Assembly: GCA_050123275.1 (NCBI GenBank)
Contig: JASFHK010000007.1
Location: 659-64,658 of the forward strand
Origin: Dehalococcoidia bacterium
GTDB lineage: Bacteria > Chloroflexota > Dehalococcoidia > Dehalococcoidales > BS750m-G39
Length of the DNA: 64,000 bases
Direction: 5' to 3'
The notes below the pieces were generated by a model. It did not search any database and had not been told where the DNA came from. It was given only the letters and a program-made list of their open reading frames with translations. The translations under genes and the position numbers were made by a program. Shown piece after piece: positions 21,067-32,053 of this stretch (position 1 is its first letter; each line of letters opens with the position of its first letter).

Positions 21067-21300
21067 CTAAACAACCATAGCCAGCAAGATAGCCACAATC
21101 AGCACGTAGATGCCGATGGCCTCGGCCAGACCGGCCACCAAAATCATGTTGGTGAAAATGGGGCCCCTCGCCTCCGGGTTACGGGCTATTCCCTGCAAAG
21201 CGGCAAAGCCGATAAGCCCCAGGGCAATGGCCGGACCCAGCATACCCAGCCCCACCGCCAGCCCTATCGACAGCATCTTCATGACTTCAGCTTCCAGCAT
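21067..21300 (-). CDS. atpE: ATP synthase subunit c (proton-type signature)
   Basis: ARNPE loop, catalytic Glu in LAEAIGIY; no Q..ES/T Na+ ligands. Confidence 0.95.
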   Translation of the reverse strand: MLEAEVMKMLSIGLAVGLGMLGPAIALGLIGFAALQGIARNPEARGPIFTNMILVAGLAEAIGIYVLIVAILLAMVV

Positions 21301-21345
21301 AGTTTAGTCCTCCTTTTGTTTTTATGTTTATCGCTGTTTTAAGTT

Positions 21346-22329
21346 TTATTCTTTTTGCGGCTCCTCTTCCCCATGCGTCTGTACCGCCAGCGTCAGGAAG
21401 ATGAGCGTCAGCCCGCCGAAGATAATGGCCTGGATGAAGCCGATAAGCAACTCCAGCCCGTAGAAAGGTATGGCGAAGAGCCAGGGAATCAGGAAGGCGG
21501 CTACGAGCAGCAATATCTCGCCCGCCGTCATGTTGCCGAAAAGTCGGAAGGTCAGGCTGATAACGCGGATAAAGACGCTGATAAGCTCCAGAACGGCGGT
21601 AAAGGCGGTCACCACGCCGGTGATTACGCCCAAAAAACCTTCCTTGAGCTTGCCGGTGAACAGCTTGCGCAGTCCCCTCCCCAGCTCCCGGAAATTAAGG
21701 AAATTCTCGACGAAACGGGCGCCGACGTCCTTAAAGCCGAAATACCAGAAAAAGGCGAAAGACAGCAAAGCCAGCGACAGCGGCATGTTGATGTCGGTGT
21801 TGGCCGCCCGTATCAGGTGCACCTCACCCGCGCTGGTATGGGCCAGAATGGAGCCGAAGCCGGGCAGCAAAGCCAGCCAGGCGTTAAAGCCGACGAAAAG
21901 GAAAATGGTGGCCACCACTGGGAAAAAGCGCCGCCCGTTCTTCTCGCCGGCCACGCTGACGCAGAGGTCGTAGAGCCAGCCGACTAAAAACTCGAAGGCA
22001 GCCTGCAAGCGCCCGGGAACCAGCTTCATGCGGCGGGTGATGAAATAGGAGAACAGCACCAGGAAGACGATGGTAATCCAGGCGCCGATAACGGCGTTAG
22101 AGATGGGGAAGCCGAAGATGGTGAAAACCGTCTCGGCGGGCAGGTGCGGGTCGGGGCTGCTCACGCTCAAGGCGGTCAGCCAGCCGGGCAGCTCGATGTC
22201 GAGCATACTCTGGCCCAGCGGCCCGATGAGAAAACCGCCGACCACGATAACCAGAAAAACGACCAGCAGCCCGATGAAGAGCGGGAAAGAACAGCCCAGG
22301 CAGCCCCGCTTTTTCTCCGGTTCAGCCAC
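21346..22329 (-). CDS. atpB: ATP synthase subunit a
   Basis: SLTFRLFGNM.AGE, FIQAIIF; extra N-terminal TM segment. Confidence 0.95.
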   Translation of the reverse strand: MAEPEKKRGCLGCSFPLFIGLLVVFLVIVVGGFLIGPLGQSMLDIELPGWLTALSVSSPDPHLPAETVFTIFGFPISNAVIGAWITIVFLVLFSYFITRRMKLVPGRLQAAFEFLVGWLYDLCVSVAGEKNGRRFFPVVATIFLFVGFNAWLALLPGFGSILAHTSAGEVHLIRAANTDINMPLSLALLSFAFFWYFGFKDVGARFVENFLNFRELGRGLRKLFTGKLKEGFLGVITGVVTAFTAVLELISVFIRVISLTFRLFGNMTAGEILLLVAAFLIPWLFAIPFYGLELLIGFIQAIIFGGLTLIFLTLAVQTHGEEEPQKE

Positions 22330-22553
22330 TAACGGTTCTCCCCGTTTCGCTTGTTACGCATGATAGGCAGCAGCATACGATAAACGCCATAGAAAGCCAC
22401 AAGCAGTCCAAAAATTAAGCCTAAAATCACTAGTATAGGCTTGGTGCCGAATTTGTTGTCGAGCCAGAGACCGCCCAACACCCCACCCACGATGCAGATG
22501 CCCACAAACCACCCCACCCCAATGAACCTTAGCGCCGCTGCCCACCTGCTCAT
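22329..22553 (-). CDS. AtpZ/AtpI family protein
   Basis: GLWLDNKFGTKP, two TM helices, first gene of atp operon. Confidence 0.85.
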   Translation of the reverse strand: MSRWAAALRFIGVGWFVGICIVGGVLGGLWLDNKFGTKPILVILGLIFGLLVAFYGVYRMLLPIMRNKRNGENR

Positions 22554-22561
22554 GCTCTGGC

Positions 22562-22590
22562 AGCATAGCAAATATGCTCTGGTTGGTCAA
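22562..22590 (-). promoter_or_regulatory. sigma70 promoter of atp operon
   Basis: TTGACC-N17-TATGCT, 8 nt before ATG 22553. Confidence 0.7.
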
Positions 22591-22605
22591 GCCTCCTAAG
22601 GCTAT

Positions 22606-22638
22606 AAAAAAGCCCCAGTTCTCGTCGTCCCAGGGCTT
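22606..22638 (-). terminator. intrinsic terminator after DUF151 gene
   Basis: AAGCCCTGG..CTGGGGC followed by TTTTTT. Confidence 0.65.
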
Positions 22639-22683
22639 CATAACGTCAAAGCTGTCCGCGTCGAAAAGCTCGGGTAAACCGGT

Positions 22684-23226
22684 TTAGGACTTGCGCTTGT
22701 CGAAGTCCTCCAGGTCGAGGGTGTTGATAAAATCGTAGAAAGCGGACATCTTCTTTATCTCTTCTTCGCTGGGCTTCTTGGCCGCGCCGCTCTCGTCCGT
22801 CTCGGCGATAGGCTTGCCCGTCTCCTTGTCCAACAATATGCCCGCCTTGTCCAGAACCAGCTCCTCGGCGAAGATGGGCACGTTGGCCCTCACCGCCAAA
22901 GCCAGCGCGTCGCTGGGGCGGGAATCCACCTCAACCTGGCTGCCATCCAGGTTGAGCACAATCTTGGCGAAAAAGGTGTCGTTCTTGAGCTCGCTGACGA
23001 CGATAGAGTTGATCTTCGCCCCCAGCGTGTCGATGACCGAGCGCAGCAGGTCGTGGGTCAAAGGCCGGGCCACGGTAACGTCCTGCAACTTCACGGCGAT
23101 AGCGTCCGCCTCGGCGGGGCCTATCCAGATGGGCAGGTAGCGGTCCGACTCCTTTTCTTTCAGAATCACCACCCGCTGGTAGTTCATCAGGCTCACCCTG
23201 ATGCTATCAATGAGCATCTCTATCAT
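22684..23226 (-). CDS. bifunctional nuclease family (DUF151)
   Basis: LPIWIGPAEA, RPLTHDLL, DSRPSDALALA. Confidence 0.92.
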   Translation of the reverse strand: MIEMLIDSIRVSLMNYQRVVILKEKESDRYLPIWIGPAEADAIAVKLQDVTVARPLTHDLLRSVIDTLGAKINSIVVSELKNDTFFAKIVLNLDGSQVEVDSRPSDALALAVRANVPIFAEELVLDKAGILLDKETGKPIAETDESGAAKKPSEEEIKKMSAFYDFINTLDLEDFDKRKS

Positions 23227-23260
23227 GAAAATCAGCCTCCTCTATCTCACCAGCACCTAA

Positions 23261-23289
23261 ATTTTACTCCGTCACCCCACCCCTGTCAA
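23261..23289 (-). promoter_or_regulatory. sigma70 promoter
   Basis: TTGACA-N17-TAAAAT upstream of the DUF151 gene. Confidence 0.7.
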
Positions 23290-23391
23290 TAAACTAATCA
23301 AGCCGCATCCCCCCTCGTTAACCACCGAAAACGCACTTTAACCCCATCATACCGAAGCCCCCGTCACAAGGACGAGGCCTAACGTCACTCC

Positions 23392-23554
23392 GTCATTCTG
23401 AGTCCTTCGTATCCCACAATGTCATTGCGAGGAGCATAGCGACGAAGCAATCTCTCCCCTTTTTAAAGGGGGATTAAGGGGGATTTTCGTTACATCAAAA
23501 CGCACGCTAACACAGTGGGTTGGAGGGGTAAAACCCCAGCTTAAAACCCACCCC
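23392..23554. repeat. composite REP-like repeat cluster
   Basis: GTCATTCTGAGTCCTTCG, GTCATTGCGAGGAG..CGACGAAGCAATCTC (also at 27132), CCCCTTTTTAAAGGGGG hairpin, partial ACGCTAACAnAGTGG unit. Confidence 0.65.
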
Positions 23555-23643
23555 TTCATTATGGTATAATAACCCAGTGAAAAATCGGCCCGTGGGCCAT
23601 ACTGTGTCTTCCACCACAAGATAAGCTTAAGGAGGCAAGCTAC

Positions 23644-25902
23644 ATGCAGCAAGGTCAAAAGGCGATTGTTCTTTTCAATGAAGTCGGCAAAGGAGACGTC
23701 AATCTGGTCGGAGGTAAGGGCGCCAATCTGGGCGAAATGACCCAGGCCGGCATCCCCGTTCCCCCCGGCTTCATTGTAACCGCCGGCGCCTACTTCGACT
23801 TCTTGGATAAATCGGCGGTCAGGGACAAAATCAACAGCTGGCTTAAGCCCCTCGACCCCAGCAACAGCAAACAGCTCCAGCAAGTAGCCGCCGTCATCAA
23901 AAAGATAATCCTGGAAAGCCCCATGCCTCCCGAGCTGGCCCAGCAGATTGAAAAGACCTACAAGAGCATCGGCAGCGGTCTGGTGGCGGTGCGCTCCTCG
24001 GCAACAGCGGAAGACCTCCCCGAAGCCTCCTTCGCCGGGCAGCAGCGCACCTTCCTCAACATACAGGGCGGCAAACAGGTGGTCAAGGCCGTCCAGGAAT
24101 GCTGGGCGTCGCTGTTCGAGCCGCGGGCCATCTTCTACCGCCACCACCAGGGCTTCGACCACTTCAAGGTCGGCATCGCCGTGCCCGTGCAGAAAATGGT
24201 GCAGTCCAAGACCTCGGGGGTCATGTTTACCCTGGAACCGGTGACCAGCGCCAGCGACCGCATTGTTATCGAGGCCGTCTACGGCCTGGGCGAAGCCATC
24301 GTCTCCGGCGAGGTAACCCCCGACCTCTATGTCGTCTCCAAGGAAAGCCTGAAGATACTCAAGATGAAATCGGTCACCCAGGAGACGCAGCTCATTAAGA
24401 ACCCCGACGCCAACGCCGCAGAGACCAACATCTGGGCGCCCCTCTCCGCCCCCACCAAGTCCAAGCAGAAGCTAAGCGAGAAAGAAATCACCCAGCTGGC
24501 GCAGCTGGGTAAAAAGATAGAAGCCCACTACCAGTTCCCCCAGGACATCGAGTGGGCCAAGGAAGACGGCAAGATTTATATCCTCCAGACTCGACCCGTG
24601 ACCACCATCAAGGAGAAGGTCGAGGTCGAGCCCGAAATCGCCAACCCGGTGCTACTGAGCGGCGAAAAGGCCAGCCCCGGCATCGCCTCAGGGCCGGCCA
24701 AGATAGTCCCTGACGCCTCCCAGATTGACGTGGTCAAAACGGGCGACGTGCTGGTGGCCGAGATGACCACCCCCGACTTCGTCCCCGCCATGAAAAAAGC
24801 GGTGGCCATCGTCACCAACCGCGGCGGCAGGACGGCGCACGCCGCCATCGTCAGCCGAGAGCTGGGCATCCCCTGCGTCGTCGGCGCCGAAAAGGCGACC
24901 ACCACCCTCAAGAACGGCCAGGTCATCACCGTTGACGGCTCCCACGGCAAAATCTACGACGGCAAAGTCACCCGACGCATCAAGACCACCGCCGTGGCCG
25001 ACGCCCTCCGCGAGTCCATCAAGACCAAGACCAAGGTCTATGTTAATCTGGCCCAGCCCGAGCTGGCCGAGAACGTGGCCAAGCGCAACGTGGACGGCGT
25101 TGGGCTGTTGCGCGCCGAGTTCATGGTCGCCCAGATTAACGAGCACCCGCAGTACATGATTAAGCAGAACCGGGGCAAGGAGTTCGTCGAAAAGCTCTAC
25201 GAAGGCATCAACACCTTCGCCAAGGCTTTCGACCCCCGCCCCGTCGTTTACCGCACCACCGATTTCAAGACCAACGAGTACCGCAAGCTCAAGGGCGGCG
25301 AGGAGTTCGAAGCCGAGGAAGAAAACCCCATGATCGGCTACCGCGGCGCCTCGCGCTACATCACCGACATCGAGGTCTTCAGTCTCGAAATCGAAGCCAT
25401 CAAGAGGGTCAGGGCCAAATACAAGAACCTCTGGGTGATGATTCCCTTCGTCCGCACCGTGGACGAGCTGGACAGGACCAAGCAGCTGCTCGAAGCCGAG
25501 GGCTTAAAGCGCTCCGACGACTTCAAGCTCTGGATGATGGTCGAGGTACCCGCCAACATCTTCCTCATCGACAAATTCCTGGAAGTGGGCATCGACGGCA
25601 TCTCCATCGGCTCCAACGACCTCACCCAGCTGACGCTGGGCATCGACCGCGACAGCGAAAAGCTGGCCAGCACCTTCGACGAGCGCAACGAAGCGGTACA
25701 AGTCGCCCTGGAGAGAGCCATCACCGTAGCCAAGAAAATGGGGGTCACCTCATCGATATGCGGGCAGGCGCCTTCGGTCTACCCCGAGCTTACCGAAAAG
25801 CTGGTCGCCTGGGGCATCAACTCGGTCTCGGTAAGCCCGGACATGATCGGCACCACCCGCGAGATAATCGCTAAAGCCGAAGCCAAGCTGGGAAAGAAAT
25901 AG
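23644..25902 (+). CDS. ppsA: phosphoenolpyruvate synthase
   Basis: VGGKGANLGE, VAVRSSATAEDLP, FAGQQ, TAHAAIVSRELG, SIGSNDLTQ. Confidence 0.96.
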   Translation: MQQGQKAIVLFNEVGKGDVNLVGGKGANLGEMTQAGIPVPPGFIVTAGAYFDFLDKSAVRDKINSWLKPLDPSNSKQLQQVAAVIKKIILESPMPPELAQQIEKTYKSIGSGLVAVRSSATAEDLPEASFAGQQRTFLNIQGGKQVVKAVQECWASLFEPRAIFYRHHQGFDHFKVGIAVPVQKMVQSKTSGVMFTLEPVTSASDRIVIEAVYGLGEAIVSGEVTPDLYVVSKESLKILKMKSVTQETQLIKNPDANAAETNIWAPLSAPTKSKQKLSEKEITQLAQLGKKIEAHYQFPQDIEWAKEDGKIYILQTRPVTTIKEKVEVEPEIANPVLLSGEKASPGIASGPAKIVPDASQIDVVKTGDVLVAEMTTPDFVPAMKKAVAIVTNRGGRTAHAAIVSRELGIPCVVGAEKATTTLKNGQVITVDGSHGKIYDGKVTRRIKTTAVADALRESIKTKTKVYVNLAQPELAENVAKRNVDGVGLLRAEFMVAQINEHPQYMIKQNRGKEFVEKLYEGINTFAKAFDPRPVVYRTTDFKTNEYRKLKGGEEFEAEEENPMIGYRGASRYITDIEVFSLEIEAIKRVRAKYKNLWVMIPFVRTVDELDRTKQLLEAEGLKRSDDFKLWMMVEVPANIFLIDKFLEVGIDGISIGSNDLTQLTLGIDRDSEKLASTFDERNEAVQVALERAITVAKKMGVTSSICGQAPSVYPELTEKLVAWGINSVSVSPDMIGTTREIIAKAEAKLGKK

Positions 25903-25984
25903 CCTGAAAACACCTTACTTACCGCTAGGAGACGGATATGAAAAAGGCAGCCAGAATTACCGTACCGGTGGTGAGCGTCTCCCG

Positions 25985-27106
25985 ATGATTGAAGAGCTAA
26001 ACGTACGCCAGCTGAACGAAGAGCGTGAGGAGAGCCTCTCCCCCAACGCCGTCAAGAGCCGCGACTCCAAAGGCCGGGCCCAACGGGAAGCGCCCTGCCC
26101 GGTGCGCACCGCCTTCCAGCACGACCGCGACCGCATCATTCACAGCAAGTCCTTTCGGCGCCTGAAGCACAAGACGCAGGTCTTCATCGCCCCGCTGGGC
26201 GACCACTACGTCACCCGTCTTACCCACACTTTAGAGGTGGCCCAAATCGCCCGCACCATCGCCCGCGCCCTTAACCTCAACGAAGACCTTACCGAGGCCA
26301 TCGCTTTGGGGCACGACCTGGGGCATACCCCCTTCGGCCACGTCGGTGAGGACGTATTAGACGAGCTTTACCCCGAAGGCTTCAGCCACAACGAGCAGAG
26401 CCTGCGCGTGGTAGACGTCCTGGAAAAGAACGGCAAAGGCCTTAACCTCACCTGGGAGGTGAGGGACGGCATCCTCAACCACTCCAAGGACGTTAAGGAC
26501 ACCAAGGCCAAAAGCGAAGAGCCCGGCACCTTCGAGGGCGCCGTGGTCAAGCTATCCGACATGGTGGCCTACATCAACCACGATATCGACGACGCCATCC
26601 GCGCCAATATGATTACCGAGCGCGACCTGCCCGTGCTGTCCATAGCCAAGCTGGGCAACAGCCACTCCAAGCGCATTAACACCATGGTCTGCGATATTAT
26701 TGAAAACTCCTGGGCCATCCGCGACACCGAAAGCGATAACATCACCGTCACCATGAGCCCCGAAATCGCCGAGGCCACCGATAATATGCGCGCCTTCCTC
26801 TTCGAGCGCGTCTACAACATACGCTCGGCGCAGGAGGAATCGGAAAAAGCGCGCGAAACGGTGCGCAAGCTCTACCAGCACTTCAACGACTACCCGGATA
26901 GAATGCCCCCCGAATACACCGCCTACAAGGGCGAAACGGAACGCCGCGTGGTGGACTATATCGCCGGCATGACCGACCTCTACGCGATGAGAATCGCCGA
27001 CGAGCTGGCCGCCTTCAAGGGCAAGGCCAAACCCAAGCCCGCCCGCAAAAAACCAAAAACCCCCAAAGATAAACCCCCGGAGACACAATCCCCCACCCTC
27101 TTTTGA
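25985..27106 (+). CDS. dgt: deoxyguanosinetriphosphate triphosphohydrolase-like protein
   Basis: DRDRIIHSKSFRRLKHKTQVF, RLTHTLEV, HDLGHTPFGH, DYIAGMTD. Confidence 0.92.
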   Translation: MIEELNVRQLNEEREESLSPNAVKSRDSKGRAQREAPCPVRTAFQHDRDRIIHSKSFRRLKHKTQVFIAPLGDHYVTRLTHTLEVAQIARTIARALNLNEDLTEAIALGHDLGHTPFGHVGEDVLDELYPEGFSHNEQSLRVVDVLEKNGKGLNLTWEVRDGILNHSKDVKDTKAKSEEPGTFEGAVVKLSDMVAYINHDIDDAIRANMITERDLPVLSIAKLGNSHSKRINTMVCDIIENSWAIRDTESDNITVTMSPEIAEATDNMRAFLFERVYNIRSAQEESEKARETVRKLYQHFNDYPDRMPPEYTAYKGETERRVVDYIAGMTDLYAMRIADELAAFKGKAKPKPARKKPKTPKDKPPETQSPTLF

Positions 27107-27131
27107 GGAATAGAAATGGGCAACCATCAAC

Positions 27132-27165
27132 GTCATTGCGAGGAGTGAAACGACGAAGCAATCTC
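27132..27165. repeat. GTCATTGCGAG-type palindromic repeat
   Basis: near-identical to 23421-23454. Confidence 0.65.
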
Positions 27166-27184
27166 AAGGTGGTGCGGGGTATAA

Positions 27185-27256
27185 GAGATATATAAGGGTC
27201 TAACCCTTATAGGGTGGGCACTGGGTGGGAAAACATTACGTACGCTAACATAGTGG
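27185..27256 (+). repeat. dispersed hairpin + G-quadruplex repeat, copy 1
   Basis: GAGATATATAAGGG..CCCTTATAGGGTGGGCACTGGGTGGGAAAA..ACGTACGCTAACATAGTGG. Confidence 0.8.
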
Positions 27257-27327
27257 GGGCAGGAGGTTCCCCCACCAAGAACCCTATAGAGTCCAACCCC
27301 CCAACTGTTGTAAAATAGAACCATCCT

Positions 27328-29100
27328 ATGAGCGTTATCGACGACGTAAAACAAAAGATAGACATCGTTGACGTTATCGGCCAGCATGTCGCCCTGACCA
27401 AGTCCGGGAAAACCTTCCGCGGGCTTTGCCCCTTCCACGGCGAAAAACACCCTTCCTTCTACGTCTATCCCGACCAGCAAAGCTGGCACTGCTTCGGCTG
27501 CAACAGCGGCGGCGACGCCTTCTCTTTCATCATGAAAAAGCAGGGCATCGACTTCGGCGAGGCGTTAAGGGAGCTCGCCCAGCGCGCCGGGGTCGTTATC
27601 CCCTCAAAACGCGAGCCTGCCGCCCAAACCGAGGCGAAGCAAAAGCTCTACCAGATTAACCAGGCGGCGGCGCTCTACTTCCAGAACATGCTCCAGTCAC
27701 CGGCGGGCGAAAAGGCGCGCAAATACGTTGAGAAACGGGGCTTCAACGAAAAGACCGTCGCCGACTTCCAGCTCGGCTACAGCCTCAACGGCTGGGAAGA
27801 GCTTAAAAAACACCTCGCCGGTAACGGCTACTCCGAAAAAGAGATGCTCGACGCCGGGCTGATTAGCGAAGGCAAAGAAGGCAAGCCGAGCCACGACAGG
27901 TTCCGCAACCAGCTGATGTTCCCCATCGCCGATGCCCGCGGTAAAATCATTGGCTTCGGCGCCCGCGTGCTGGACAACTCCCAGCCCAAGTACATCAATT
28001 CCCCCCAATCCCCCCTCTTCGACAAGAGCGGCAACCTATACGCCCTGCACCTGGCCAGAGAGGCCATCCGGGAGCAGGAGCGGGCCGTCATCGTCGAGGG
28101 CTACATGGACGTCATCACCGCCCGCCAGAACAGCTTTAATAACGTGGTCGCCTCGATGGGCACCGCGGTTACCGAAAAGCAGGTAAGCGCGCTGAAGCGC
28201 ATCACCAAAAACATAACGCTGGCGCTCGACGCCGACGAGGCCGGCGAGGAAGCCATGCTGCGCGGCGTCGAATTCGAAAATGCTTTAGGCGCCGAGGTCA
28301 AGGTGGTTATCCTGCCCGAAGGCAAAGACCCCGACGACGTTATCAAAGAAAACGCCGAGGCCTGGCCCCAACTCCTGGAAAAAGCGATGCCCGTGGTCGA
28401 TTTCACCTTCAACATGGTCGCCGCAGGTTTAGATTTAAGCACGGCCCAGAACAAGACGCTGGCCGTGGAAAAGCTGTTGCCCGTGGTCGCCCAGATTAAA
28501 GACCCCATCCGACGGGCGCACTATTTGCAAAAGCTGGCCGGGCTGGTGCAGGTCGGCGAGCGCGATATCGAAGCCGCCTTGAGCCGCCTCAAAACCAGGC
28601 CCAAATGGACGCCGAAGGCAGAGCCCAAGCCGGAGGCGCCCTATTTGCAACCTATACTGACCAACCCCGTCGAGGAATACTGCCTGGCGCTGCTTTTACA
28701 GCACGCCGAGCTCGACGCCAACGATGAAAACCTGCTTCCCGAATACTTCGAAAGCAGCCAGAACCGCGAAATCTTTATTGCGCGGCGGGAGAGTGCTAAA
28801 ATAGAAGAGTTGAAAGCGCGGCTCGACCCGGCCATGCACGAACAGGTGGACGCCCTGTTGAGCCGGCAGCTTTCGCCCAACCGCATCGGGCAGAAATACG
28901 CCGAGTGCACGCTGCGGCTGCGGGAGAGATACCTCCGCAGCCTGGCGACGAAAATAGAAGCCGTGCTGACCCAGGAAGCCGAGTCGGGAGGCAAAGCCGC
29001 CGACCTGGCCAAACTAAAGGAACAGGGCATCGAGGTAAACAGCCGGCTGGGCGAGGTTTTCGCCCTGAAAAGACAGTGGCGGTTGGAGCAAAGGGGGTAG
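27328..29100 (+). CDS. dnaG: DNA primase
   Basis: CPFH..PSF..WHCFGC, DRFRN, KYINSP, VEGYMD, LDADEAG, KDPD. Confidence 0.97.
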   Translation: MSVIDDVKQKIDIVDVIGQHVALTKSGKTFRGLCPFHGEKHPSFYVYPDQQSWHCFGCNSGGDAFSFIMKKQGIDFGEALRELAQRAGVVIPSKREPAAQTEAKQKLYQINQAAALYFQNMLQSPAGEKARKYVEKRGFNEKTVADFQLGYSLNGWEELKKHLAGNGYSEKEMLDAGLISEGKEGKPSHDRFRNQLMFPIADARGKIIGFGARVLDNSQPKYINSPQSPLFDKSGNLYALHLAREAIREQERAVIVEGYMDVITARQNSFNNVVASMGTAVTEKQVSALKRITKNITLALDADEAGEEAMLRGVEFENALGAEVKVVILPEGKDPDDVIKENAEAWPQLLEKAMPVVDFTFNMVAAGLDLSTAQNKTLAVEKLLPVVAQIKDPIRRAHYLQKLAGLVQVGERDIEAALSRLKTRPKWTPKAEPKPEAPYLQPILTNPVEEYCLALLLQHAELDANDENLLPEYFESSQNREIFIARRESAKIEELKARLDPAMHEQVDALLSRQLSPNRIGQKYAECTLRLRERYLRSLATKIEAVLTQEAESGGKAADLAKLKEQGIEVNSRLGEVFALKRQWRLEQRG

Positions 29101-29103
29101 CTA

Positions 29104-30570
<1,467 letters not shown>

Positions 30571-30579
<9 letters not shown>

Positions 30580-30888
30580 CACCCCGTCCGTCAAGCTGGC
30601 CGTAACCACATAGCTCTCGATATCGGGTTCCCCCCGGCAGATATCAAGGACGATAGCCTTATACGCCTCCGATTTCAGATACGCGTCGAAGTGCTCCTGT
30701 GTTTCCCATATCAAAAAAGCGGCCTGGGCCAGCGTTTCGGGATTCATGACGAAGAATTTCTGTCTAAGTCCGGGAACCTTCCTGGAGACTTTAACTACCT
30801 GGTCCAGATGCTTCCTCACGGCTTCGACATCGGCCAACTGCTGCTTCACCTCGTTCTTCACCTCGAATTTAACCCTGACGCCTACCAT
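30571..30888 (-). CDS. YdhR/ABM-like dimeric alpha-beta barrel protein
   Basis: [23 protein letters not shown]. Confidence 0.6.
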
Positions 30889-30964
30889 TTTTTTGCCCGT
30901 CCTTTCCGGCTGCTACTACCCGGATTATAGCATACGAAAAATCCCGAAATCGCGCCTTTTACAC

Positions 30965-30990
30965 GCAACCTATTGGCTGTTAGTTCGTTA
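30965..30990 (+). promoter_or_regulatory. putative ECF-sigma promoter
   Basis: GCAACC-N15-CGTTA; second copy at 32015-32040. Confidence 0.6.
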
Positions 30991-31014
30991 CATTAAGAAG
31001 AGGTACTATACGAT

Positions 31015-31395
31015 ATGAAATCTATCCGTCTCTTCGGATTAGCAGTACTACTCCTCGGGTTGGTGGTAGTATCGGTAAACTGTGCTTCAGCTATCAGGCC
31101 GATAGAAACAGAAGCGGATTTTCTCGGCTTTATCACTGAAATTAGTCCCGATGGAGAAAATGAAGTGCTCGGCCGAATCTCCGTAGAATCACACGCCGAT
31201 AAGATTGTCACCAAATACGTCATCACCATAGAAGACGAAACGTTAATTTTTGAGCAGGATGGAGATAATCTCCGCCAAACCGCCTTTGAGGCACTGGAAA
31301 ACAAACAATGGGTAAAAATATGGTTCGACGGGCCCGTAATGGAGTCTTTTCCGATGCAAGCCACGGCTGCGCAGGTTGTAATTACGGATTCTTAA
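31015..31395 (+). CDS. DUF3221/YobA-like exported protein
   Basis: signal peptide; VKIWFDGPVMESFPMQATA. Confidence 0.7.
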   Translation: MKSIRLFGLAVLLLGLVVVSVNCASAIRPIETEADFLGFITEISPDGENEVLGRISVESHADKIVTKYVITIEDETLIFEQDGDNLRQTAFEALENKQWVKIWFDGPVMESFPMQATAAQVVITDS

Positions 31396-31450
31396 GCCTT
31401 ACTTACCCGCAACAGGATTGTAGATTGTCAGCTGAGATAACAAAGAGGAA

Positions 31451-32011
31451 ATGGATTTAGAGCAGGAAAAAGTGCTCGTCCAGAAAGCCCAGGAGGACGT
31501 TCAAGCCTTCGGGGAGCTCTATGACGAGTACTACGCCCGTATCTTTAACTATGTCTTGAGACGGACGGCCAGCGTCGAAAGCGCCCAGGACATTACCTCC
31601 GACGTCTTCTTCAAGGCGCTGAAGAACATCAAACGCTTCCGCTGGCGCGGCGTTTCTCTATCTTCCTGGCTCTACCGCATCGCCACCAACGAAACCACCG
31701 ATTATTTCCGCAACAACCGGAACCATAATCACCACGACGCCGAAACCGCCCTGGACAACGGCGTGATGGCCAACCCTTCGGCGGAATCCGAGGTTATCGA
31801 GGCCGAAGCCGAGCTGAAGCGGAACGAGGAGTTCCTCGCCCTGCACCAGAACATCGCCCGTCTTTCCGTTAAATACCAGGCGGTACTCACCCTCCGCTTC
31901 TTCGAGAACAAGCGGTACAAGGAAATCGGCCGGATTCTGGGCAAGCGGGAGGGAACGGTAAAGTCCCTGCTGCACCGGGGACTTAAACAGCTAAGAAAGC
32001 TTATGGATTAG
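31451..32011 (+). CDS. ECF sigma factor
   Basis: AFGELYDEY, AQDITSDVF, WLYRIATN, GTVKSLLHRG. Confidence 0.93.
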   Translation: MDLEQEKVLVQKAQEDVQAFGELYDEYYARIFNYVLRRTASVESAQDITSDVFFKALKNIKRFRWRGVSLSSWLYRIATNETTDYFRNNRNHNHHDAETALDNGVMANPSAESEVIEAEAELKRNEEFLALHQNIARLSVKYQAVLTLRFFENKRYKEIGRILGKREGTVKSLLHRGLKQLRKLMD

Positions 32012-32014
32012 AAT

Positions 32015-32040
32015 GCAACCTTTTAGGAGACGCCAGGTTA
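32015..32040 (+). promoter_or_regulatory. putative ECF-sigma promoter (anti-sigma gene)
   Basis: GCAACC-N15-GGTTA. Confidence 0.6.
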
Positions 32041-32053
32041 TAGTAAGCGGAGG

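Noticed and set aside
21067-21300. Na+-translocating ATP synthase
   Set aside because: Subunit c lacks the Gln and Ser/Thr ligands (E-A-I).
27020-27106. Sliding-clamp motif in the Dgt tail (QSPTLF)
   Set aside because: Spacing and residues do not fit QL[S/D]LF; too weak.
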